Part shown: positions 52,373 through 64,000 of the stretch, one piece after another
How positions within the stretch are numbered: the first letter of the stretch is position 1
Layout: each line of letters begins with the position of its first letter
Assembly (NCBI GenBank): GCA_965112155.1
Contig: OZ218108.1
Direction: 5' to 3' (one strand)
DNA length: 64,000 bases
Origin: Podarcis liolepis
Lineage: Eukaryota
Notes under the pieces: model-generated
Seen by the model: only the letters and a program-made list of their open reading frames with translations
Databases searched by the model: none
What the model was told of the DNA's origin: nothing
Position numbers and translations under genes: made by a program

Positions 52373-55300
52373 GTAAGATTCCATTTATTGTTGCTGTCTC
52401 TCCTTCATATTATTTCCTGCACTACTTAAATTAGGCTGCAATCCTACCCATGCTTGCCTGAGAGTAAATGTCACTGAACTTAATGGGGCTTATTTATTTA
52501 TGATGGGGATATATTTCTATAACTTGTAGAAAGAGTAGATCTGCAGCAGTTTTGTTCTGGTGTTGGAGTCTATGGCTTAAATGGCTGTTGGTGCTGTTGC
52601 AATGTGTAAAATGATCCTGTCTTATGCATGCGCTGGGAATTTCTTTGGGCTGGGTATAGTAAATCTGTGTTTACCATATTCTACTTTCTTCAGTGAAATC
52701 ACTGCATTGAAAAGTATTTCAAGTACTGAAAATTAGGAATGTACAAGGAACTGTCCGCAGAGCTGAGTAGTTTTGTGATAGGATGATTTAAAAAAAACAC
52801 AAACCCCTACGTAACCTTTCCCCCTTCGTTCCTTGCTTTTCTATCTGAGTAATTGTAGCTCTTTTCAGTTACTCATATTTACAGAGCTTACAAGAAAGAT
52901 CAGCTAATAGGAGCAATGGCGTGGCAATAAAATTGAACTTATATGGTGGTTACAAGGCACAGCAGTAGAAGGCAAGCATGCTTCAACCAGTTTTCTTTTT
53001 ATTTTGGTTGAACTTCTAAAAGATTTTAGTTTTTCTTAAGGAAGAGAGGAGAACTCGTGGTTGCAATATGACTGTTGACTAAAGTAGATCTCTTTGTTTG
53101 TGTGCCTACATCCACAAACGAGAGGAATTTTTTAGTTGAATAGTGAAGAATCACTAAATGAACGTAGAGAACTAAGCCATATATGAATGTACTGAGAAAA
53201 AAGTAGGGTCTTCACTCCAGGAGCAGAATGAACTATTAACTGCTGTAAGCCAAACCTTTTTCTCCCCCCTTCAAGTGTTTGATATTAGCCCCTGGACACA
53301 GGAGTATCTTCTTTTCTAACAGAGCAGTAAGGAGTCTGCATTTTCCATATAAAGCAGAAAACAGTCTAGTTGCATAGTCTCTATTCTGTTTTTGTCCACC
53401 AGTGGGTTTTGTGGTTTTGCTTTGGGCTTGCTTTTATAGGGAAGAGATTTTGTTCTGCTTTTTGCGTAGTACAGAGGCAAGGGTTCAGCAAATCCCAATT
53501 TGGGGGTCAGTGGTGGTGGGTTGTCAGTGCTTCCTCAAGCAAACCACTTCTTGCAGTTGTGGGTGTGTCTTGCTTTGTTGGCCATATTCTTCCAAGCTTT
53601 ATTGCCGCTTCTTCTGAATGGCATAGAACAGTAGCGAGATTTTGCATCAGTTCCCTCATGTAGAATCAGTGGCACTTTCTGTTGAAAATTCCAGAATTAC
53701 GACACTTCTCTTTCATTGCCCTGTAGGTGAAGTGGAAAGAAGGATCGTTTCAGGAACAACTTAAAGCCTCTGGGTTTTTTGTTATTATTATTAAATTAAA
53801 TTGGGACGAAACATGAAGGGCTCGAAAACAGTATTGCAAAAGCAGAATTGCCTGCAGCAAAGCAGGTGGCATTAGATGGCGGCAAACGCAGTAAGAGTGG
53901 AAATTCCCAGCTAGAAAAGGAATTGAAAAGTTGGGAGAAATGTTTCCAAGATTGGAACTCCTGACCTGTGCTGACTTTCAGGCCAGGCAAATTGCTACAG
54001 AAGGGAGAAAGGGAAGAAGAAGGGATTTGCAGTCTGGGACTGAAATCTGTCTTTGAGGACCTTTCCAGATGAAGATTCTTTCCTCCGGCGATAACACAGC
54101 TGTCGCGAACACTATGTTAGTATTCTCTCAGTCCAGTGAGGTTCTCATGCAATGGTAGGTGGCTGTACACAAGGACCACCTGTCACAGGAAAACACCCAT
54201 GATCGTTTCACTTCCTTTAGACAGAATTGTAGTTCACAAGTGGCTAGGGTTCAGCAGTTCAAGTGCTGGTAAAAAGCGATACTATAGTCGGAGGACTTGC
54301 TGGTTGATATCATCTTTGGTACTAAAAACTGAAATGCAGCTATCCTTCGCTCTCAGTGCTCTAGCAGATTGTATGGAGGAGGTGGAACACTGGTTGTGGA
54401 AGAATTAGTCCTGCGTTAAAATATTAGCCTGCTCCAGATTCATCTGCTCTTGAGTGGTCAAACAGCCACTAGGGAAGAGGAAAAGGAGGATGTTTCATGA
54501 ATGTTCGTTTCTGTGGTTTATTTTCAGCTTGTACTTGAAACCTTACTGCCACAGTTAACACTTGCACGTTTCTGAGAGTTTTGCAGATCCTGCCAGCTAT
54601 CAGTAATTTGGTTGTAGAGCTTCATTTGGAACTTTGGGATGTTTTATTGTGATTCTTTTTCCATGTGATGCAAATACTCATAGCAAAAAACAGGGCTCCT
54701 TCCATCTTTCTCCAGTGCTGAATGTATGCAGATGTAGCCGTATCCAACATGAGCTCTTATATTGATGGAGCTAGAGGAATTTGCTCTGGACAACAGGTGT
54801 CTGTTGTTTAGGTAATACTGTGATAAATTGTCTCAATCAAATATCTGTTCAGTCCCATGCTTTAATCTAGAATTGTCCTTCCGAAGAAGCAAACCAGTTG
54901 AACCTCCTGGTTTTTGTTTGATTCTCCCACCCACCTACCCCATACAACTCATTTCATCATGACTCATTGTTTGGATTCAATTATGACTTAGTTCTTGCCA
55001 ATGAGGACCCTGTTCTTAGTCATTGAAATGAGTTTGGGCTGAGCATTCGTCCACTCTTTTTACATCTTTATCAAGCCAGATCACCTACTATTTAAATGAC
55101 TTTAAGATCTGGCTATAATAGAACAGATCCTATGTGGCTCTATATTTTGCATTCAACAGAAGACAAAGAGGCTGTGTACACTACATACTTTTAAAGCACA
55201 TTTGAAGACAACCCCCCCATGTGCTTTAAAATTATAGTGTGTCTGAAGCCCGAGAATGATGGGTTCTAGCCAAATATATACCTAATGGAAGTGTGGACAC

Positions 55301-57100
55301 CCCTTTCCCCACCCAACATATAAGTTGGATTTTCCTCTGAACTGCAGATTTTGGAGATAATAAAAGGTTACATGAAGATGTTTTTTATGCATTTGTTTAA
55401 AAAAAGGTCTAAAACGCTTGGTATTTTCAAAATCTCTGAACAGTGTACAGTATGAAAACAATATCCATTGACCCAAGCAAAAATGCATCCTAAAATCAAT
55501 ACAATGGTATCAAAACATAAAAGCATATAAAGGTATTCAGTGTATTCATACACGTACATCAGAGTCCAATCTTATGGGTCAGGGAAAGTGGGCAAAAAGG
55601 TAAGAAATGTGAAGCTGCTGATGGTTGCTTTGGATTACAAGGCCTACCATCCATGACCAGGACAGTCATGATGGTACTCGTAGGAGCTAACATCTGCAGG
55701 GCAGCATATTAGCAAAGGCTGGTATAGCATGTTCAGGACAAAGAATTGTAAAGCTTTAAGGACCAACAGATTTATTGTTGTGTACATCTTAAGTTGTTCA
55801 GAGCCCATATTGTCAGATACATAGCGTGTTCATGTTACAGATATATGTGCATATCTTTGGTGATATACAGAGAGGGTAACAAATGTAAGCCCAAGGGTCA
55901 TGTACGGTGTTAGGAACTGAGATATGAGAGCTAGGAGCTCTGAAATCTTAGGTGCAGTACTGCGCCCAGAGCTCAGAAACTGCTCGTGTTAATGAAATTC
56001 CCTGTCACAAAATGCACCTGGAACAATGGGAGTTTTGAACACTGATCATGGAATGCAAGAGAGTCAGTAGGTCCAGGACATTTCTGGGCAAAGCTCAAAC
56101 TTATGGTAGATAAGCACTATGCTCGCTTTTGGTGATAACACAGCTGTTGTAGTTTTGGGTAGCTAATTTAATGCCTGTAGCAGGGAAAGAACCCATAGGC
56201 TCCGTGAAGACCTAAGAAGTCTCCCATTTCTGCAGTTCCACACTAGACTCTTATCTCTGACATTTCTGTATTGCAAAATGGTGACTTTCAGGACAGCTGC
56301 AACCTGGGAGACTGGTATGTTCTTCCCCTAGTTTTTGAACATTGCCAATTTTTTTGTATTAAATTTGTGCCCACCTGTTCTTTTCACTCACCATTTTTTC
56401 CTAGTCAGGCAGCAAGTAATGTCATGTAAGACACTGGAAGATCGATAGATCTACAAGCCTTTGATGGTATGGCTTAGGTCCTGTGGTAAAGTATCCTAAA
56501 TGACTCTAGAGAGAACGGTGCATCTAAGCTTGGCGTAGAACCAGGATTCCTGCCTAAATTTGACAGTTCTTTGTACTGGTGGGTAGTCCTTCAGGTTTGC
56601 GGACAGTGAGTAAGTAAGGGCAGATTGTGAATGGAGGCGCATTGTCCAGGATGGGCTGTATATCTTTGATAATAATGGAGGAGTTCAGTGGGGAGCAGTA
56701 AGTGTCAACATACTGCATTTCTCTTCCATTATAGTACTGCAGGCTCATTGGCACGCTCTTATCACCTGCCAACATTTCCTCTTTTGATGTCTGCATAGGA
56801 TAACAGGGTCATTTGTGATGTAAAAGAATAAATGGGCCCAAATCTGACTTCAAAAAAAAAACAAAAACAAAAAGAGGCAATGTTCAGAAACCAGAGCTGG
56901 AACATTTTCAGCCTCCCAGGACATGTCCTGCTGACTCGAAAGTCGCCACACTTCAACAATAAAAACTTCAAAGGAATACTCCATTGAGAAATAGAATTTA
57001 TCAGGGCATTTGACTTTATTCATTTGGTTATTAAGTGAGTTTATGGATTCCTCCCCCGCTCTTGATACAAAATTAGCATAGCAAAGGTAGGACTGTTATA

Positions 57101-57332
57101 CAGTGGTACCTCGGGTTAAGTATTTAATTCGTTCCGGAGGTCCGTACTTAACCTGAAACTGTTCTTAACCTGAAGCACCACTTTAGCTAATGGGGCTTCC
57201 TGCTGCTGCTGCTGCTGCGCCGCCGGAACCCGATTTCTGTTCTCATCCTGAAGCAAAGTTCTTAACCTGAAGCACTATTTCTGGGTTAGCGGAGTCTGTA
57301 ACCTGAAGCGTATGCAACCCGAGTTACCACTG
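57101..57332. mobile_element. Tc1/mariner MITE, family 1
   Basis: TA-CAGTGGTACCTCGGG...CGAGTTACCACTG-TA; same orientation as 25147. Confidence 0.9.
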
Positions 57333-59341
57333 TATTAAGCTACTTACTGCTGTTTGTGAATGGCGGTACTGCATTTGAACTTAACTTAAAAATGTCCTAG
57401 GCCTGTTGATTCTCCTGCATTTCCTGGCCTTATGTCCCTTCCCTCTGCTCCAGAAAAAAAAGTGTGTGTGTGTGTGGCATAAATATGACAAATGGCTTGA
57501 GGCCCACAAATGCTTCTGCCACAATGCATCTATTAACCTTTAAAGTGCCAGGAGACTTCATTGGTTTTTCTGCCACAACAGCCTGTCACGTTTAGGGTTG
57601 TATTTTAAACAGAGATAGAAAGTTCAGTAATGGAAGAAGGCACAGAGTGTTGGACATGTTTTAATCGATTTGATTTTTTTTCTCCTATGTTAAAATTTCA
57701 GCAAATATCATGTCACAAAATAAAGAGTTGGTTTAACTTAGTGGCTAAGGCTGCAATTCTGTCTATGCACTTACCTGTGAGTACTTCGAACTCAACTGAG
57801 GCATCTCTGTGTAATTTTGTTGTGAATCTGGAAGACACTGGTTTTAATTGCACTTTTGCCATTAACTTGCTTGGTGGACTTGGGTACTTGTACTGTCTCT
57901 CAGCTCTGTCCTATCCTCTACCTGAAACCATAGCCCCTTGTCTTTAAGCAGTGGCCAGCAAGCCAAGTTCCAATCATTTGGTGGCCAACAAAACACTTGC
58001 CATCAAATGGTAGCTCTCAAGTCTTTCTGGTCTGAAGGCATATGATGCAGCCACCTGGCTGAGCCTTAAGCAGATCTCAGTCTGGCAAGGGGAAAGGTCT
58101 AGGTGGAAGGCTACTTGGAGACCTAATGTATGCTGCTTCAAGTTCCATGACGAAAGAAAAACAAAATATGAATTACAGTATTTGCATTAAATTAAAGTGC
58201 TATCCAACCCTATCAGCCCCAAACAAAATTTCTTACAAACACTTGCCTAGTCCCTGAAAAAGAGCATTCTAGTTACATAGACCCATTGCCTATCATTTTG
58301 GCTGCTTTGGCCAAGGAACTGTGCACACCAATGGCCAATGAATTGTCTGCAAAGGAAGCCTGTGGCAGTGTTACCCACTTCTGTCCAGTATGAATGAACA
58401 AGGTTTTGTTCAAAGACAAGCAGGAATTCAGCTCCATGTTAACATCAGCGGCTTCCTGACACAAAGGCTAACAAAAAACTACACATGCGTAACAATAAAT
58501 TCTTGCTCCGAAACCTAGTGGTGGATTTTATAAAAGACATCTTTTCTAGGAAACAGAATTATTTGTTAGGTTATAGAAACAGAGCCGTTGACTTTTCCTG
58601 TGTAAAGGAGCACATTTACATTTGGATCGCTCTCTGTATATGTAGATGGCACACAAACAGCTTTAATCCTTTTGGGAGCTTAGAATAACACAAAATTGAA
58701 AAGTTGGAAGTGACCACGAGGGTCATCTAGTCTAACCCCCTGCAGTGCAGGAATCTTATATTATAAGCTTTTTTATATTGAGTTAATATAAAATGTCTGC
58801 GTCCGAAGCAAAACAAATCTTTTGGGCTTAGTGCGCGCTGAATCAATTCTCTGCTGAAATAGTAATATTGCCCTGCTACCCTTTTCTGGAAGGGGGGTGC
58901 TAGCAGTGCTTCAACAGCAACTGAAGCTTGAGTCAACAAGTCTGTGTGGAGCAGCTTGCAATGTGCCTTTGAAATTCTGCTATCTAGTCAGGGTGATTTA
59001 TAGGCTCTTGCTCTGGCATGTACATGCTGGGGCCCTACTGGGCTTGTTTGTTTTTGTGTTAGCTCGGTTACCTAGCACTCCACGGAGTGGTGGCTCTTTC
59101 CTTTTTTCTTTTTTTAAGTGACACACAAAGAATTTAGCAGGAATACTTCTTCAGAGTGAAGGGGTAAGGTGGCAGGCAGCTGGGGACAGGAAGGGGGTGG
59201 GGGAGAGAGAAAGAGAGGAGAAAAAAATCCTTCAGCTTCTCTCCATGCTTTTATTTTAAATTCCCTTCTGCGCAGAAATATTTTGTGTTTGGGGTTAACA
59301 TGCATTTTAGTTTCTTCATCTCATTTATGGCAAGCTATACA

Positions 59342-59613
59342 TGTTATGTACTGAAGTTCTCACCCTAGGCCAGCAGGGGGATACTGGAGATAGTTTTCAC
59401 TCAGGTCCACATATGCAAATAAGGGATTGAAAGTGACGTTCAGTGATTGGATAGTTACAGAAAATGGTTACTAATGTTGCATTCTAGTGGAGCTCTATAT
59501 AAGCAGGCTGGCTGAACCCTTCAGTTCAGTTCAGTTCTGTTCTGGCCTGTGAATAAACAAGAGCTGTTTGAAGAATTGCTGTGTCGTCTGATATGTTCAC
59601 CCACAGCTCAACA
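59342..59613 (+). mobile_element. Solo LTR (272 bp), sense to PDE4D
   Basis: TGTTA...CAACA termini; 5-bp TSD ATACA (59337-59341 / 59614-59618). Contains ATGCAAAT, ATTGG, TATATAA and AATAAA in U3-R order. Confidence 0.9.
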
Positions 59614-59910
59614 ATACAAGTAACGTTCATAGGAAACCAGGAAAGGGCTCATGAGCAATGTTTGGGCCTGGGGCATGGCCTTGAAGATACATGAGGCAGC
59701 AACCTTGCTGAATCTAAGCAGAAGCTTGGGCTGCTTGGTGCTTAGACAGGAGGAACCCTGTGCGTGTTGCTTTGCACTCCATGATGGAAGGAACGTGTGT
59801 TGGAAATGTAGTAAGGAAATAAATTGTACCTATGAAGACCTAGAAAAGTGTTAACTTTAGTATCGAAAGGGTCAGTTGATCAGTCTTCCTTTTATTTCAA
59901 GCTGATTTTT

Positions 59911-61455
59911 AGAAACAGAGAATTGTAGAGATGACCCTGCCCATTGCAATGCAGGAATCACAGCCAAAGATGGTCATCCAACCTCTGCTTAAAAACCTCC
60001 AATGAAGGAGAGTCCACACCCTCCCGAGGGAGTCTGTTACACCTTCAAACAGCTCTTACCATCAGAAAGTTTTTCTTTATGTTTAGTCGGAATCGTCTTT
60101 CTTGTAACTTGAAGCCATTAGTTCAAATCCCGCCCTCTGGAGCAGCAGAAAACAAGTTTGCTCCATCTTCCATGTGACAGCCCTTTAGATATTTGAAGAT
60201 GACTATCATATCTCCTCTCAGTCTCCTCTTATCCACGCTAAGCATACCCAGCTCCCTCAGCCATTCCTCATAAGGCTTGGTTTCCAGACCCTTGATTGTA
60301 TTGGTTGTCCTCCTCTGTACCAGCTTATCAATATCCTCCTTAAATTGTGGTGCCCAGAATTGGGACACGGTACACCAGGTGTGGTCTGACCAAGGCAGAA
60401 GAGAGCAGTGCTGTTACTTACCTTGATCTGGACACTAGAATTCTGGTGATACAGCCTAGAATCTCATTAGCATTTTTTGCTGCTTCTTCACACAGTTGAC
60501 TCATGTTATGTTTGTGGTCTATTAAGACCCCTAGATCCTTTTCACATATACTACTACTGCCAAGTCAGGTGCACCCCCCCCCATCTTATATTTGTGCAGC
60601 CGGTTCTTTCTGGCTAAGTGTAGAACCTCACATCTGTCCCTGTTGAATTGTTCGTTTGGAACCAGTTCTCCAATCTGTTAAGGTCATCTTGAATCCTAGT
60701 TCAGTTTTCTGCATCATTAGCTACCCATCCCAGTTTGGTGTCGTTTGCAAATTTGATGAGCGTTCCCTCAATTCCTTTGTCCAAGTTGATTATAAAGTGG
60801 TGCCTCGCAAGACGAAAAGAATCCGTTCTGTGATTCTCTTCGTCTAGCGGTTTTTCCATCTTGCGAAGCAAACCTATTGACGGATTAGAGGATTAGCGCT
60901 ATTAGCGGCTTTTAGCGGCTGATCGGATCAGCTGATAAGCGGCTTAGCGGCTTAGAAAAAGGGGGGAAGGGGGGGAAAAACCGCAGGAACTCGCAAGACA
61001 TTGTTGTCTTGCGAAGCAAGCCCATAGGAAATTCGTTTTGCGAAGCACCTCCAAAACAGAAAACTCTTTCGTCTAGCGAGTTTTCCGTCTTGCGAGGCAT
61101 TCGTCTTGCGGGGCACCACTGTAAAGACTTTGAACAACAACTGGCCCAGGACCAAACCCTGTAGCACCCCACTTGCCACTTTTTTCCAGAATGATGAGGA
61201 ACCATTAATGAGTACTCTTTGGGTTTGGTCAGTCAACCAGCTACAAACCCATCTAAGAGTTACTTCATTCAGCCCACATTTTAGCAGCTTCCTCGCAAGA
61301 ATATCATGGGGGGCTTTGTCAGAAGCCTTACAGTAATCAAGATACTCTATGTCTGTAGCATTCCCCTGATCCACCAGGCCTGCAACTCTCTCAAAAGGAA
61401 AAAGGAAAGAAATGACATTCGTTTGGCATGACTTGCTTTTGAGAAACCCATATAA
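59911..61455 (-). mobile_element. CR1 LINE fragment (RT domain to 3' end)
   Basis: Minus-strand peptides GLVDQGNATDIEYLDYCKASDKAPHDIL...WLTDQTQRVLING...SGVLQGLVLGQLLF and QFWAPQFKEDIDKL...RRLRGDMIVIFKYLKG are typical CR1 ORF2. Confidence 0.9.
60795..61121. mobile_element. Tc1/mariner MITE family 2 inserted in the CR1
   Basis: Reverse complement of 31953-32278; duplicated TA within the CR1 sequence (gattTA...TAaagac). Confidence 0.9.
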
Positions 61456-62788
61456 ATGGCATATCTTTGCAGGACACATTCCTGCAATATGTTCTTCGGC
61501 GCAGATATCACTGATATGAATGGCATTTCCACAAGAGCGTTGTCCGTGCTCTTGAGCTGCAACCACTTGTTGTACTGAGGATTGTGCCAGGAGGACTTTC
61601 CTCTGGCTTTTGTCCAGGGCAAGGAGAACTTGTGTTTCAACTTATGCCCCATTTGCCCTTCAGAATTCTCAAAGCATTATCCTTCCTTGGGGATAAATCT
61701 TAGAAGCAGGTAGGAGAAGAAAGAAGAATTACACAGCTCCTACCCATGTCTCTCTTCCTTAGTTGCTGTTTTTTGGGGGGGTAGGGAGACAGGGATGAGT
61801 TTGCCTTGTCTGTGGTATTGCTGAGGTATTCATCTCAGAAACACCCATTTTCCCAGACTCCACACGGATCTCAGGTGTGTAAATAAGAAACAATCCGTGC
61901 AAAGCCCTGTAATTTTGCACTTACTGCTGGGCTTCTTCCAGCTGTTGTGTTTAAACCGCGCTAGAAAGCTCTTCTGTGATACCTCCCACTTCTGCAACTG
62001 CCTGCTTCAAGGAAACGTCTTCTGTAGAAAAAATATATAGAGACCTGCAACTAAATGTTGCAGTGTGAAAAGTTTGTGTTTTCTGTTCCGCCCCCACCTG
62101 GTTTTCAGTCCAACCAGGATTCATTGGGCTGTTTGTGGCCCCCACCCCACCCCACCTACCCTAGGATTTTAGAATGTCTGCAAAGCTTGGTATTTCCCTG
62201 AACTTACTGATATCCCCGTCATGTACATGGGTGATGCTGTTTTAGCTACTTAGGGCAGTGGCACCAACCTCTGTGAACGTAGGAAATGGAGGGAGCAATA
62301 TGATGGGAGACTCTTGGTGGTTCAACCAGAGGAGTCTGAACAGTGCTATCCCATTCAATTCCAGCATCTAACTCAGAATGCCAACACCACAATCACTTTT
62401 CACTATCCTCAGACTCAGCAGAAGCAGTGTGATTGTGCTTTGGGCTCAGGAGTAAGAACTGGAGAGAGAATATCAACTTGATGGAAGCTTTCTAAAACAA
62501 GCTCTGACATAAGAGCAAATGAAACAAAAGGTGTTTTTGTGTTGAACTGATATTTGAACATATCTGAGCAGTTCACCAGCAGTCCCTGCTCATGGTTCTG
62601 TCAGGAATGCCGTAGTCTCCCAAAAAGCGACATTTTTGTTTGTCTCTTTGTGTTCGTTTAAGAGAGGCCATGTTTAGACAAAGACTAAGATGTACTCAAA
62701 CTGCTCATAAACGCTTTCAATCATTTCCTGATTGTCCATTATAAAATGTCTTCAGGTTGAAATCACAAGATTCAAATTTGTGCCATTT

Positions 62789-62792
<4 letters not shown>

Positions 62793-62848
<56 letters not shown>
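62793..62848. repeat. Compound (CA)n(TA)n microsatellite
   Basis: Direct read. Confidence 0.95.
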
Positions 62849-63343
62849 AGGCAATTTCAATGCATGTGCACCCAGAGGTAAGCTCATTGCATTCAGTGGT
62901 GTTTAAGCTTCAGTATTGCTCACCTGGGAGTATTGAACACTGGTGCTTACAGCGGAGAAAACATGCCTAGTTATGTCTTGTCTCTGGGTATATCCCCCCT
63001 CTGACCTCTCCATCTAAGAAACCTTGGTTTTGCCCCTGGAGTCTATCCAGATTTTTGTTCAGTTAAGTTCCTGAACTTGGTCCTTGGTCTACAAACTGCA
63101 TGGGTCATTGGAGCCTTGAACAGTGGTTTCAGGGCTTCCTGCAGATCTCCCTGTGAGCCAAGACTTGGATAGAAAAATAGCCAACCAGCTTGCTTTTGAG
63201 TAATTTGTTTACTCTTTGATGAGCAACAGAATGCAACATAAACATAACATAAAATGGAAACCGGCAGCTAACTTTTTGATTATCATATTCCTTTCCACCA
63301 TATGCAAGGCTATGCTTGGATTTCTAGAAAGATGTGTACTCCT

Positions 63344-63493
63344 GGATAGCTCAGTTGGTTAGAGCATGGTGCTGATAATGCCAAGGTTGCAGGTTCGATC
63401 CCCGTCTGGGACAGCTGCATATTCCTGCTTTGCAGGGGGTTGCACAAGATGTTCTTCAAAGTTCCTTCCATCTCTACAATGATTCCATTTATG
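63344..63493 (+). mobile_element. tRNA(Ile)-derived SINE with CR1-like tail (Squam2-like)
   Basis: ggatagctcagttggttagagcatggtgctgataatgccaaggttgcaggttcgatcccc followed by a gcagggggttg...ctacaatgattc CR1-type tail. Confidence 0.8.
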
Positions 63494-64000
63494 ACTGTGT
63501 GTTGGGTTATGGGCCCGTGTCAAAGTTTGATTTGATATGGCAGGATGCAAACTCCTGATTTCCTCAGACATTAAGAATTTGGGGGCACAATATAACCAAA
63601 ATAGAGGGGTTAGTTAAGTAAGCACATACTCAAGTGTCACCCATTGAAATGGGTGGAACTTTTGCTGAATCTTTTGCTGTTCGGGATACAACAAAGAACT
63701 GTGGATTAGTTAGAACAGTGATAACTTCACTGCTACCCACAGCAAGTGAGAATAACAAATGTTTCCTAAATATTCACCAATTAGTTTTCGTTGTCACTGA
63801 GATATTTTTAAATATTCCCAAGTAATGTTTACTTGCACCTCATTCCTTCCTTTGCTTTCCGACTGGTACTGCTGTTTTATCGTTCTACGTGGGTTACAAA
63901 TCTCTCTTGAGGGTGCTGGCCTTCTCCCGTCAAGGTTTGCCGTCACTCAATTCCACACAGGCTACTTCATCATCTGTTTCTGTTCACATGCTCCTACACG

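Noticed and set aside
60952-61566. 204-aa minus-strand ORF
   Set aside because: Chimera of flanking DNA, a degraded CR1 RT and an inserted MITE.
63344-63415. Apparent tRNA-Ile gene (also tRNA-like heads near 3440-3505 and 32440-32504)
   Set aside because: Acceptor stem does not pair, there is no Pol III terminator, and it runs into a CR1-type tail, so it is a SINE head.

Overview
Vertebrate genomic DNA from a squamate, most likely a lacertid lizard (Sauria/Squam1, Squam3-type and tRNA/CR1-tailed SINEs, BovB-like, CR1, L2 and L1 fragments, many Tc1/mariner and hAT MITEs). The window lies inside the + strand PDE4D gene (cAMP-specific phosphodiesterase 4D). The only unambiguous coding sequence is the PDE4D1 first exon/common UCR2 exon at 41167-41415, which sits in a CpG-island internal promoter and keeps the 86-nt D1/D2 alternative intron. 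The best novel lead is a 66-nt ATG-to-donor micro-ORF at 52307-52372 (MTVSSLHYEVWPKFFAPEFWIQ|gtaaga). It has the length, splice phase and aromatic pattern of the membrane-inserting PDE4A1 (TAPAS-1) leader and lies downstream of a CRE/X-box/YY1 cluster. It may be an unannotated PDE4A1-like super-short PDE4D isoform; this is inference until tested. The rest is intron with well-delimited transposons (many with visible TSDs), a four-element nested insertion, and inverted TE pairs that bracket the common exon. Family names and mammalian comparisons come from recall, not from database searches.
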